DNA from: an uncultured Acidimicrobiaceae bacterium
GTDB lineage: Bacteria; Actinomycetota; Acidimicrobiia; Spongiisociales; ZC4RG35
NCBI GenBank assembly: GCA_964653975.1
Contig: CAZZIG010000039.1
Location: 1 to 60,928 of the forward strand
Reading direction: 5' to 3'
Length of the DNA stretch: 60,928 bases
Shown: positions 8,999 to 17,587 of the stretch, in pieces
How positions within the stretch are numbered: the first letter of the stretch is position 1
Layout: each line of letters begins with the position of its first letter
Translations under genes and position numbers: made by a program
The notes under the pieces: model-generated
What the model was told of the DNA's origin: nothing
Databases searched by the model: none
What the model saw: the letters and a program-made list of their open reading frames with translations, nothing else

Positions 8999-9906
8999 CG
9001 ACCATGACGACACGCGCCAGGCAGCGGTATCTCAGTGACAACCCCCGATTCCTCGCCTGGGTGTTCATGTCACCCACGGTCATCTACATCTTGGCGCTGG
9101 TGGGCTTTCCCTTCGTGCTCGCCATCATCTACGCCTTCACCGACATCACCACCGGCAACCCTGCGATCGAGTTCGTTGGTCTCGACACGATCCGGGCGGT
9201 GCTCGCCGATCCCGTGTTCCGCAGGGCACTGGGGAACACTTTCTGGTTCGCGGTGATCTCCAACCTCCTGGTGGTCATCCTGGCCACCGCCCTCGCCGAA
9301 CTACTCACCAGGGACTTCAAAGGAAAGTGGTTCGTCAGGTTCCTGATCCTCCTCCCCTGGGTGGCCCCGGTCTCGTTGGCCACCATCACCTGGCTGTGGA
9401 CCCTCGACTCCATCTTCTCCCCAATCGATTGGCTGCTTCGCCAGGTGGGCCTGATCTCTGAGAACATGTTCTGGCTGGGGCGACCGCAGCTGGCCATGGG
9501 CTCGGTGATCGCAGTCCAGGTGTGGCGTATCGCACCCCTTGCCGCGGTCATCGTGATGGCGGGGTTGACTGCGATCCCCAACGACATCAACGACGCGGTC
9601 GCCGTGGACGGGGCCGGTCCGTGGCGACGGCTCTTCCAGGTCACCATCCCCCTCCTCGCCCCGATAATCGCGGTGGCCGTGCTCTTTGGCGTGATCCTCA
9701 CCATCTCCGACATGAGCGTGGTCTTCGTGCTCACCCGGGGCGGCCCCACCCACTCCACCCAGGTCCTGTCCACTTGGGCATTCTTCAAGGGGATCGAAGG
9801 TGGCGCGCTGGGTCAGGGAGCGGCGGTGGCCCTGTTCCTGTTCCCGGTCCTGGTTGGGATAACCGCGGTCATCCTCCGTCTGGCGCGACGTAGGGAGGTC
9901 CTGTGA
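8995..9906 (+). CDS. Carbohydrate ABC permease 1
   Basis: Six TM helices; EAA-like loop DAVAVDGAGPWRRLFQVTIP. Confidence 0.92.
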   Translation: MTTMTTRARQRYLSDNPRFLAWVFMSPTVIYILALVGFPFVLAIIYAFTDITTGNPAIEFVGLDTIRAVLADPVFRRALGNTFWFAVISNLLVVILATALAELLTRDFKGKWFVRFLILLPWVAPVSLATITWLWTLDSIFSPIDWLLRQVGLISENMFWLGRPQLAMGSVIAVQVWRIAPLAAVIVMAGLTAIPNDINDAVAVDGAGPWRRLFQVTIPLLAPIIAVAVLFGVILTISDMSVVFVLTRGGPTHSTQVLSTWAFFKGIEGGALGQGAAVALFLFPVLVGITAVILRLARRREVL

Positions 9907-10793
9907 GGCCCACCTGGGAGCAAACGGATGTCGCAGAGCTGCGAAGCAAGTCGCAACGACGTCATCGTCTCGGTCGTCTCGGGATCTATGTGACCGCGCT
10001 CTTCTTCGGCTTCCTGGCGGTGTTCCCGTTCAGCTGGGCCTTGATCAGCATGTTCAAACAGTCGAGCGACCTCTATGTGAAGGACAACAACCCCTTCTGG
10101 TTCAACGAGGCGCCGACCCTCGAGCACGTGAGGTTGCTCTTCTTCGAAACCAACTACCTCACCTTCGTCAGGAACTCAGTCCTGGTCGGGTTGGCGGTGA
10201 CATTGATCACCCTGGCCTTCGCTCTGCCCACCGCCTACGCCCTCGCCCGGCTCCGGCTCCGTTGGGGTGAACGGATGGGGATCGCCATCTTCTTGGTCTA
10301 TCTGATTCCGCCCACCCTCCTGTTCATCCCGATGACCCGCGTGGTCAACACCCTCGGTCTCCAGGAGTCGCTGTGGTCGCTGATCGTCGTCTACCCCACG
10401 ATCACCATCCCCATCTCCTCATGGCTGCTGATGGGCTATTTCAAGGGGATCCCCATGGACATCGAGGAGCAGGCGATGGTGGACGGCTACAGCAGGCTGG
10501 GAGCGGTGTCGCGTGTGGTCCTGCCGCTGATCCTCCCCGGCGTCATCGCAGTGGTCGTCTTCGCCTTCACCCTCTCGGCCCATGAGTTCATCTACGCCCT
10601 CGCCTTCAACAAGTCCTCGGCCGTGAAGACGATCGCCACCGGAGTGCCCACCGAACTGGTGCGCGGTGACGTCTTCTTCTGGCAGTCACTTCAGGCTGCA
10701 GTGATCTTGGTCGCAATCCCCATCGCCCTGCTCTTCAACGCCTTCCTCGACCGGTTCATCTCCGGTTTCACCATGGGTGCGGTCAAGGGCTGA
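9903..10793 (+). CDS. Carbohydrate ABC permease 2
   Basis: EAA loop IEEQAMVDGYSRLGAVSRVVLPL; six TM helices. Confidence 0.92.
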   Translation: MRPTWEQTDVAELRSKSQRRHRLGRLGIYVTALFFGFLAVFPFSWALISMFKQSSDLYVKDNNPFWFNEAPTLEHVRLLFFETNYLTFVRNSVLVGLAVTLITLAFALPTAYALARLRLRWGERMGIAIFLVYLIPPTLLFIPMTRVVNTLGLQESLWSLIVVYPTITIPISSWLLMGYFKGIPMDIEEQAMVDGYSRLGAVSRVVLPLILPGVIAVVVFAFTLSAHEFIYALAFNKSSAVKTIATGVPTELVRGDVFFWQSLQAAVILVAIPIALLFNAFLDRFISGFTMGAVKG

Positions 10794-10835
10794 GCATGGG
10801 CGGCAGTCACCAGCGTCCGGCAACCGGGCCCCAAT

Positions 10836-10851
10836 AGGGACCTTCGGCCCT
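10836..10851. promoter_or_regulatory. DosR/DevR/OsdR-like binding box
   Basis: AGGGACCTTCGGCCCT matches 13/16 to the recalled Streptomyces OsdR consensus AGGGCCGATCGGCCCT and keeps the GGGAC..WW.G.CCC core of the mycobacterial DosR box; ends 62 bp before the nxrA-like start. Confidence 0.6.
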
Positions 10852-10857
10852 TTTCCT

Positions 10858-10877
10858 ACTAACGAACGTTCGTTAGT
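10858..10877. promoter_or_regulatory. Perfect 20-bp palindrome, probable repressor operator (TetR-like)
   Basis: ACTAACGAACGTTCGTTAGT is its own reverse complement. It is AT-rich in a GC-rich background and lies between the DosR-like box and the RBS. Confidence 0.7.
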
Positions 10878-10913
10878 TAATCCCCCAACAGACAGACTCA
10901 GGTAGGAACCGGA

Positions 10914-13900
10914 TTGCCCCAGGTCAGCAGACGTCAGTTCATCAAGATCGCAGGTGGTGCCGGTCTGGCCGCGATCTCGGGGGTGCTCGACCTCGAACTG
11001 TTGGCTCTCGAAGCCTTCCCCGGTGTCGACAACCCCCTCCTCACCTACCCCAACCGGGGTTGGGAGCAGATCTACAGAGACCAATATGCATATGACAGCA
11101 GTTTCACGGTCATCTGTGCCCCCAACGACACCCACATGTGTCGGCTCCGGGCCTTCTCCCGCAACGGGATAGTCACCCGTCTCGAACAGAACTACGACGG
11201 GGCCAACTATGCGGATCCCCAGGGCAATACCTCGACCGCACATTGGAACCCCCGGGGCTGTCTCAAGGGGTTCACGCTGCATCGACGGGTCTACGGGCCC
11301 TACCGACTGCGCGCCCCGATGGTCAGAAGCGGCTGGAAGGAGTGGGCCGACGACGGATTTCCCTCCCTCTCGGACGATCCGGACCTGAGAGCCCGGTATC
11401 GGTTCGACGACCGCGGGAACGACACGTTCATCCGGCTCACCTGGGACGAGGTCGACGACTATGCGGCGCGGGGATTGGAGGCGATCGCCCGCACCTACTC
11501 GGGAGACGATGGCCGACGCCGGCTCATCGATGAGGACGGCTATGAGCCCGAGATGCTCGAGTTCTGGGAGGGGTCGGGTGTCCGGACGATGAAGTTCGGG
11601 TCGTCGCTTCCGGTCCACGGTGTGGCGGGCAAGTTCGGGTTGTTCCGGTTCGCCAACATGCTGGCACTCCTCGACGCAGACGTACGCGGCGTGGGACCCG
11701 ATGAGGCGGTCGGCGCCAGAGACTGGTCGGAGTACACGTGGCGGGGAGATCAGGCGCCGGGGTTCCCGTTCGTGCACGGGCTCCAGACCTCGGAAGTCGA
11801 CTTCAACGACCTCCGCAAGAGCCGTCTCCTCATCCAGGTCGGCAAGAACCTGGTCGAGAACAAGATGCCGGAGAGCCATTGGTTCCAGGAGATCATCGAG
11901 CGTGGGGGCAAGATCGTCTCCATCGTCCCCGAGTACGGGCCCCAGTCGTCCAAGTCCGACTACTGGATCCCGGTGCGGGCCGGTCTCTCCGACACCGCCA
12001 TCTTTCTCTATCTGGCCAAGGAGCTCATCGATCGCGACCTCTACGACCTCGAGTTCGTGAAACGATTCACCGACCTGCCGCTCCTCATTCGTCTCGACGA
12101 CCTGACCCGCGTGCACGCCGGGGAGGTCTTCGCCGACCACGGGCCACTGCTCGATCCCGAGGGCCCCAGTTTCACCCTCCACGCCATGACCCCCGAGCAA
12201 TACGAGCAGATCGGCGACAGGGTGGTCAGAGACACCTCGGGTCAACTGCGCGCCATCAGCCGCGAGCACGTCGGAGATCGGCTGGCCGAGGCCGGAGTCG
12301 ATCCGGAGGTCGACTGGCGGGGAACGATCACCCTGGCCGACGGGTCGGAGGTCGAGGTGGCCACGGCGCTCAACCTCTACCGGGAGCATTTGGCCGACTA
12401 CGACGTCGACACGGTCGCCGACATCACCGGATCGCCCAAAGAGCTGTTGGAACAGCTCCTCGATGACGTCGCCACGATCCGGCCGATGTCGATTCAGGTC
12501 GGGGAGGGTGTCAACCACTACTTCCACGCCACCCTCCACAACCGGGCCACCTACATGGTCTCGATGCTCACCGGTCAGATCGGCATCCCCGGCTCGGGAG
12601 TCAGCACCTGGGCCGGCAACTACAAAGGGGGCATCTTCCATGCCGCCCCCTGGTTCGGGCCGGGCGTCGGCGGCTACGTGAACGAGGATCCGTTCAACCC
12701 GCTCCTGTCAGAGACGGACGCCTACGACTTCGACAACATCCACCACTACATCCATGGAGAGGAGACCTCCTACTGGGGCTACGGAGACCGCCCGCTGGTG
12801 GTGGACACTCCTACCGAAGGGCGGAAGGTGTTCACCGGGCGGACCCACATGCCCACCCCGACCAAGGTGCTCTGGTACAACAACGCCAACCTGATCAACC
12901 AGGCCAAGTGGGCCTATCACCTGATCAAGCACACCAACCCCAAGATCGACATGATCGTCGACCAGCAGATCGAGTGGACCGGGTCGGCAGAGTTCGCCGA
13001 CATCGTCCTACCGGCCAACAGCTGGCTGGAGTTCGAGACGCTCGAGATGGGCGGGTCGTGCTCCAACCCGTTCCTCCAACTCTGGAAAGGAGGCATCAGC
13101 CCCCTCTACGACAGCCGAGACGACGTGGCCATCTTCGCCGGTGTGGCGAGGGCCCTGGCCGGGCTCACCGGCGAGCCACGATTCGCCGACTACTTCAAGT
13201 TCGCCAGTGAAGGCCGACCGGAGGTGTATCTCGACCGGGTCCTGAAAGGCTCGTTCACCACCGAGGGCTACACCGTCGACGACATCATGTCGGGCAAATA
13301 CGGTGAGCCGGGCGGGGCACTGATGCAATACCGCACCTACCCCCGCATCCCGTTCTGGGAGCAGGTCAACGACAGTCTCCCGTTCTACACCGACACCGGC
13401 AGGCTGAACGCCTACTGCGACCTCCCCGAGGCCATCGAATATGGGGAGAATCTGATCGTCCATCGTGAGGCGGTTGAGGCCACTCCCTACCTCCCCAACG
13501 TCATCGTCTCCACCAGCCCCTGGATCCGGCCAAACGACTACGGCATCGACCCGGCCGACCTCGACGCCGACCGCCGCCAGGTGCGCAACATCAAGATGTC
13601 CTGGCCCGAGGTCCGCCGCACCGTCAACCCGCTGTTCGAGGAGGGATACCGCTTCCTCTGCCTCACTCCCAAGTCGCGGCACTCGGTTCACTCCTCCTGG
13701 GCGGTCACCGACTGGCACTGGATCTGGAACTCCAACTTCGGCGACCCCCACCGAACCGAGACCCGCATGCCGGGCGTGGGTGATGCCCAGCTCCACATGA
13801 GCCCCACCGATGCCCGCGGTCTCGGATTGGAGAGCGGCGACTGGGTATGGATCGATGCCAATCCCGCAGACCGCCCCTACGTCGGAGCCTCACCCGAAGA

Positions 13901-14378
13901 CCCCTTCTACGAGTCGGCCCGCCTCATGGCGAGGGTGACGTACAACCATTCGTACCCGCCCGGGGTCACCATGATCAAACACGCCTTTTACATGGCGACA
14001 CCGCGGACGGTTCGAGCACAGGAGAGCCGCGCCGACGGGCGCGCCCTGGCCGACACCGGCTACCAGTCGAGCTTCCGTCACGGCAGCCAGCAGTCGCTCA
14101 CCAGAGGCTGGGCACCGCCAATGCACCAGACCGACAGCCTCTTTCACAAGCGAGCCGCGGGGATGGGCTTCATCTTCGGCTTCGACGTCGACAACCACGC
14201 CATCAACACCGTCCCGAAGGAGACTCTGGTCCGGATCACCCTGGCGGAGCCGGGTGGTCTGGGAGGAAGAGGAGTCTGGTCGGGCGCCACGACGGGTCAC
14301 AGCCCGGGCGGCGAGTCGAAGTTCATGCAGCGTTACCTGGCCGGCCAGGTCGTCACCATCAAGGGAGCCGGCACATGA
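10914..14378 (+). CDS. nxrA: Tat-exported type II DMSO-reductase-family molybdoenzyme alpha subunit, anammox/Nitrospira NxrA-like (NXR/periplasmic NAR clade)
   Basis: TTG start; Tat motif VSRRQFI; FS0 motif C68-x3-D72-x3-C76...C116 (CAPNDTHMC...WNPRGCLKGFTLHRRVYGPYRL); Mo-ligand Asp in TWRGDQ (D279); GKNLVENKMPE, GEGVNHYFH, WAGNYK, TPKSRHSVHSSW. These match NxrA blocks recalled from Kuenenia/Nitrospira. The gene symbol marks family membership; the substrate is unproven. Confidence 0.88.
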   Translation: MPQVSRRQFIKIAGGAGLAAISGVLDLELLALEAFPGVDNPLLTYPNRGWEQIYRDQYAYDSSFTVICAPNDTHMCRLRAFSRNGIVTRLEQNYDGANYADPQGNTSTAHWNPRGCLKGFTLHRRVYGPYRLRAPMVRSGWKEWADDGFPSLSDDPDLRARYRFDDRGNDTFIRLTWDEVDDYAARGLEAIARTYSGDDGRRRLIDEDGYEPEMLEFWEGSGVRTMKFGSSLPVHGVAGKFGLFRFANMLALLDADVRGVGPDEAVGARDWSEYTWRGDQAPGFPFVHGLQTSEVDFNDLRKSRLLIQVGKNLVENKMPESHWFQEIIERGGKIVSIVPEYGPQSSKSDYWIPVRAGLSDTAIFLYLAKELIDRDLYDLEFVKRFTDLPLLIRLDDLTRVHAGEVFADHGPLLDPEGPSFTLHAMTPEQYEQIGDRVVRDTSGQLRAISREHVGDRLAEAGVDPEVDWRGTITLADGSEVEVATALNLYREHLADYDVDTVADITGSPKELLEQLLDDVATIRPMSIQVGEGVNHYFHATLHNRATYMVSMLTGQIGIPGSGVSTWAGNYKGGIFHAAPWFGPGVGGYVNEDPFNPLLSETDAYDFDNIHHYIHGEETSYWGYGDRPLVVDTPTEGRKVFTGRTHMPTPTKVLWYNNANLINQAKWAYHLIKHTNPKIDMIVDQQIEWTGSAEFADIVLPANSWLEFETLEMGGSCSNPFLQLWKGGISPLYDSRDDVAIFAGVARALAGLTGEPRFADYFKFASEGRPEVYLDRVLKGSFTTEGYTVDDIMSGKYGEPGGALMQYRTYPRIPFWEQVNDSLPFYTDTGRLNAYCDLPEAIEYGENLIVHREAVEATPYLPNVIVSTSPWIRPNDYGIDPADLDADRRQVRNIKMSWPEVRRTVNPLFEEGYRFLCLTPKSRHSVHSSWAVTDWHWIWNSNFGDPHRTETRMPGVGDAQLHMSPTDARGLGLESGDWVWIDANPADRPYVGASPEDPFYESARLMARVTYNHSYPPGVTMIKHAFYMATPRTVRAQESRADGRALADTGYQSSFRHGSQQSLTRGWAPPMHQTDSLFHKRAAGMGFIFGFDVDNHAINTVPKETLVRITLAEPGGLGGRGVWSGATTGHSPGGESKFMQRYLAGQVVTIKGAGT

Positions 14379-14626
14379 AGGCCGTCGAGTCCGGCGACCC
14401 GTTCGAGCTGGTCGGGGTGAGACGTCAGGTGGAGCCCAACCTCGAGACCGACACCGAGACCGCCCGTTGTCTCATCGAGGAGTACGCACTCGCCGGTTTC
14501 GCCGCCAACGAGATCCTGGACCTGTTCGCTTCGCCCGCCTATGGGATGCCAAACGCGATCTACCGGCGACGTGGGGCCGAGTTCGTGACCGGTCTCGTCG
14601 CGGGGGTCTTCGGAGGAGTGCGATGA
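14375..14626 (+). CDS. Small conserved-looking hypothetical protein (83 aa) between alpha and beta
   Basis: ATGA overlaps at both ends. [15 protein letters not shown]...[39 protein letters not shown]. It is the 3' part of track ORF 13847..14626. Confidence 0.8.
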   Translation: MKAVESGDPFELVGVRRQVEPNLETDTETARCLIEEYALAGFAANEILDLFASPAYGMPNAIYRRRGAEFVTGLVAGVFGGVR

Positions 14627-15849
14627 CCACTGTGTACAACTGGCAGTTGGGGCGGGACATGGAATACCGCTTCGAGGGCGGCGGTGCCCGACGGCAGTTC
14701 GCCGCGGTGTTCAACATCAACCGCTGCATCGCCTGCCAGACCTGCACCATGGCCTGCCGGTCGACCTGGACCTTCTCCCCCGGGCAGGAGCTGATGTGGT
14801 GGAACAACGTCGAGACCAAGCCCTACGGCGGCTATCCCCGCCATTGGGACGTCAAGACGCTGGAGCTACTCGAGGGCGCCAACCCCGGTGGCCAGGTGTG
14901 GGACTACGGAGAACAGAGCGAAGATGCCCCCTACGGCACCTTCGAAGGCAAGACGATCTTCGAGGCCACCGACCCAGCCGAGCGCGCCGTCGGATACCTG
15001 CCGAGCGACGACGAGTGGAAAGCCCCCAATCGCTTCGAGGACCACGGGACCAAATGGTCGGCCAACGGAGCCAGTCTTCCCGAGCACGAAGGTTGGTTCT
15101 TCTATCTGGCGCGGATCTGCAATCACTGCACCTATCCGGCATGTCTCGCCGCCTGTCCCAGGAACGCCATCTACAAGCGACCGGAGGACGGGATCGTCCT
15201 CATCGACCAGGAACGATGCCGGGGATACCGCAAATGCGTCGAGGCCTGCCCCTACAAGAAGTCGATGTACCGGCCGACCACCGGGACGTCGGAGAAGTGC
15301 ATCGGGTGCTTCCCCCGCCAGGACGGCGACGACCCCCTGACCGAGGGACATCCGATGGAGGCCCGCTGCATGACAGCCTGCGTCGGCAAGATCCGAATGC
15401 AGGGGCTGGTCGATGTCGAAGCCGACGGAACCTGGACCGAAGACCCCGACCACCCCCTCTACTACCTCGTGCACGAAGAGCAGGTGGCCCTGCCCCTGTA
15501 CCCCCAATTCGGCACCCAGCCCAACATCTACTACATCCCGCCGCGCTGGGTCCCCCGCGACTATCTCCATCAGATGTTCGGCCCGGGTGTCGACCAGGCC
15601 ATCGAGCGCTACACGCGTCCCTCCCGCAGACTCCTCGCAGTCCTGCAGCTGTTCCGGGCCTCACAACAAATCATCTTCTCGTTCGACGTGGAGGAGGGGG
15701 AACAGGTGGGCGAGGTCCAGGTGGGTGGCGAGTCCTATGAGATCTTCAACGACACGGCCGTCGGATTCGACGCCGACGGACACGAGATCGTGCGCATCAG
15801 GGTCGAAGAGCCACTCCACGAGCGGCCCTTGAAGGTGAACTCGATATGA
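14623..15849 (+). CDS. nxrB: Fe-S beta subunit, NxrB/NarH-like (three 4Fe-4S plus one 3Fe-4S)
   Basis: [71 protein letters not shown]...[16 protein letters not shown]. 408 aa from the ATG at 14623. Confidence 0.93.
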   Translation: MTTVYNWQLGRDMEYRFEGGGARRQFAAVFNINRCIACQTCTMACRSTWTFSPGQELMWWNNVETKPYGGYPRHWDVKTLELLEGANPGGQVWDYGEQSEDAPYGTFEGKTIFEATDPAERAVGYLPSDDEWKAPNRFEDHGTKWSANGASLPEHEGWFFYLARICNHCTYPACLAACPRNAIYKRPEDGIVLIDQERCRGYRKCVEACPYKKSMYRPTTGTSEKCIGCFPRQDGDDPLTEGHPMEARCMTACVGKIRMQGLVDVEADGTWTEDPDHPLYYLVHEEQVALPLYPQFGTQPNIYYIPPRWVPRDYLHQMFGPGVDQAIERYTRPSRRLLAVLQLFRASQQIIFSFDVEEGEQVGEVQVGGESYEIFNDTAVGFDADGHEIVRIRVEEPLHERPLKVNSI

Positions 15850-16589
15850 CCCTCACAGCCAGTCGCGAGCACGATCTCATCCAGGCGACGGGCCGTTTCG
15901 GCATCTACTCCCTCCTGGCGACCGGATTCATGCTCCCGACCGAGAGTCGGCTCGAAGTCGTGGCATCGACGCTCCTCCCCGCGGTCTCCAAGCTCGACGT
16001 GGGAGTGGAGGTGGGCTCAGCGATCAAGCGTGTAGCAGAAGCGATGCCCCTCGGCGTCGGGAGCCTGCGCGGACACTTCATGGAGTTGTTCCCGCCGATT
16101 GCCTCCCAGGATGCGCCGGGATACGAGACCGGCTATCGAGGAGACGGGATCTTCCAGCAGTCGGCGATCATGGCCGACATCGCCGGCTTCTACCGGGCGC
16201 ACGGGCTTCAGTCCGGCGGCACCGAGCGGGAGCGTCCCGACCACATAACGGTGGAGCTGGAGTACATGGCCTTTGTCGCCAAGAAGGAGGCACTGGCGCT
16301 CCGCGAAGGCTCTCCGGACCACGCCGCCATCTGTCGGGACACGGCCTCCTCTTTCCTCCGCGACCACCTCGGCTGTTGGGGCCCCGCGTTCGGTCTGCGG
16401 GCACGCGCCGTCTCCTCGAGCCCCTGGTACTGGTCACTCGGTGAGTTGCTGGCACTGTGGATCGAGTGGGAGTTGGACGCCATGGGCATCGAGCCAGTGG
16501 AGGTCGTGGAGCACCCGCTGCCCCAGGAGCCCCCGGACGATGGGAGCTGTGGTCCCTGCCCGGTCCCCTCGCTCGGAGGTGGGGTATGA
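15846..16589 (+). CDS. TorD/DmsD/NarJ-family maturation chaperone
   Basis: YETGY, MADIAGFYRAHGL, ERPDHITVELEYM, FLRDHLGCW; C-terminal CGPC. Confidence 0.9.
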   Translation: MTLTASREHDLIQATGRFGIYSLLATGFMLPTESRLEVVASTLLPAVSKLDVGVEVGSAIKRVAEAMPLGVGSLRGHFMELFPPIASQDAPGYETGYRGDGIFQQSAIMADIAGFYRAHGLQSGGTERERPDHITVELEYMAFVAKKEALALREGSPDHAAICRDTASSFLRDHLGCWGPAFGLRARAVSSSPWYWSLGELLALWIEWELDAMGIEPVEVVEHPLPQEPPDDGSCGPCPVPSLGGGV

Positions 16590-17587
16590 GACTTCTCAGG
16601 TCGAAGCTCGCATTGTTCGTAGCCCTGGCTTTGATCTCCGTGCTACTGCGCGTCGCCGACGCCAACCCTGCGATGGCCCAGAACCCGTCGATCGGGGTTT
16701 GGAGCGTCGCCACGGCGCCACCGATGGACGGCTCGGCTCCCGAATGGCAGTCGATTCTGCCGGTCTTTCTGCCGACCACCTCACAGCAGGTGGCGCTGCC
16801 GATGGGAGGAGGCGCGATCGAACGTCTCGGGGTCAGGGCAGTGCATCACGACGAGCGTCTCTACGTGATGCTGGAGTGGTCGGACGGGACACTGGACGAG
16901 AGCACCGCTCTCCACGAGACGTTCACTGATGCTGCCGCCATCCAGTTCCCCGCCGAGGCGGGAGTCGAGGTACCCGCGATCTGCATGGGACAAGCAGACC
17001 AGGCGGTCAACATATGGCATTGGCGCGCCGACCAGCAGAACGACCCACCTGCTCTGTCCGAGCATGGCTACGTCGACTCCTATCCCTCCACCGATGACCT
17101 CTATTTCACGGCGCGCGCGGCAGGAAATCCCCTGGCGCGTGCCGACGGCCGCACCGGTGTGAGCAATCTCGTCGCCGGAGGTTTCGGCACACTCGAAATC
17201 GCCGACCAGGGGGGTCTCGACGGCCACGCCGTCCATGAGGGCGGTCGCTGGATGGTGGTGTTCACCAGACCCTTGGCCGCCGCGAGCGACATGCAACCCA
17301 CGATCGCCAACGGCCCCGTCGACGTCGCCTTCGCGATTTGGGACGGCAGCAAGCAAGAGCGAGACGGAATCAAGTCGGTGTCGGCGTTCACCCAGCTTCA
17401 GGTGACCCCAGAAGATCCGCCCCGGCGACCCGTGGCGGCCACCGCCGATTGGCCAGGGTACACGCCGTCCAACCCGATGCTCGTCGTCTCATATGGCTTC
17501 ATCGCATTGTTGGTTGCGGGGGCCTTGCTGATCTGGCGATACATGCGGAAAGGTGAAGGGGGCTCGGATGCCGAGAGTCCCGCATAG
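16586..17587 (+). CDS. Heme-b gamma subunit (EbdC/NxrC-like DOMON fold) with signal peptide and C-terminal TM anchor
   Basis: ATG at 16586 (ATGA overlap). Signal peptide; RLYVMLEWSD, FTDAAAIQFP, PAICMGQ (Met ligand), VNIWHWRA, W.VVFTRPL, AFAIWDGS.QERDGIKS (Lys ligand); TM MLVVSYGFIALLVAGALLIW followed by RYMRK. Confidence 0.85.
   Translation: MRLLRSKLALFVALALISVLLRVADANPAMAQNPSIGVWSVATAPPMDGSAPEWQSILPVFLPTTSQQVALPMGGGAIERLGVRAVHHDERLYVMLEWSDGTLDESTALHETFTDAAAIQFPAEAGVEVPAICMGQADQAVNIWHWRADQQNDPPALSEHGYVDSYPSTDDLYFTARAAGNPLARADGRTGVSNLVAGGFGTLEIADQGGLDGHAVHEGGRWMVVFTRPLAAASDMQPTIANGPVDVAFAIWDGSKQERDGIKSVSAFTQLQVTPEDPPRRPVAATADWPGYTPSNPMLVVSYGFIALLVAGALLIWRYMRKGEGGSDAESPA

Noticed and set aside
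10686-12641. Long antisense and off-frame ORFs (e.g. 10686..12641-, 46166..48007+, 59230..60858-)
   Set aside because: Shadow ORFs opposite real high-GC genes; no motifs.
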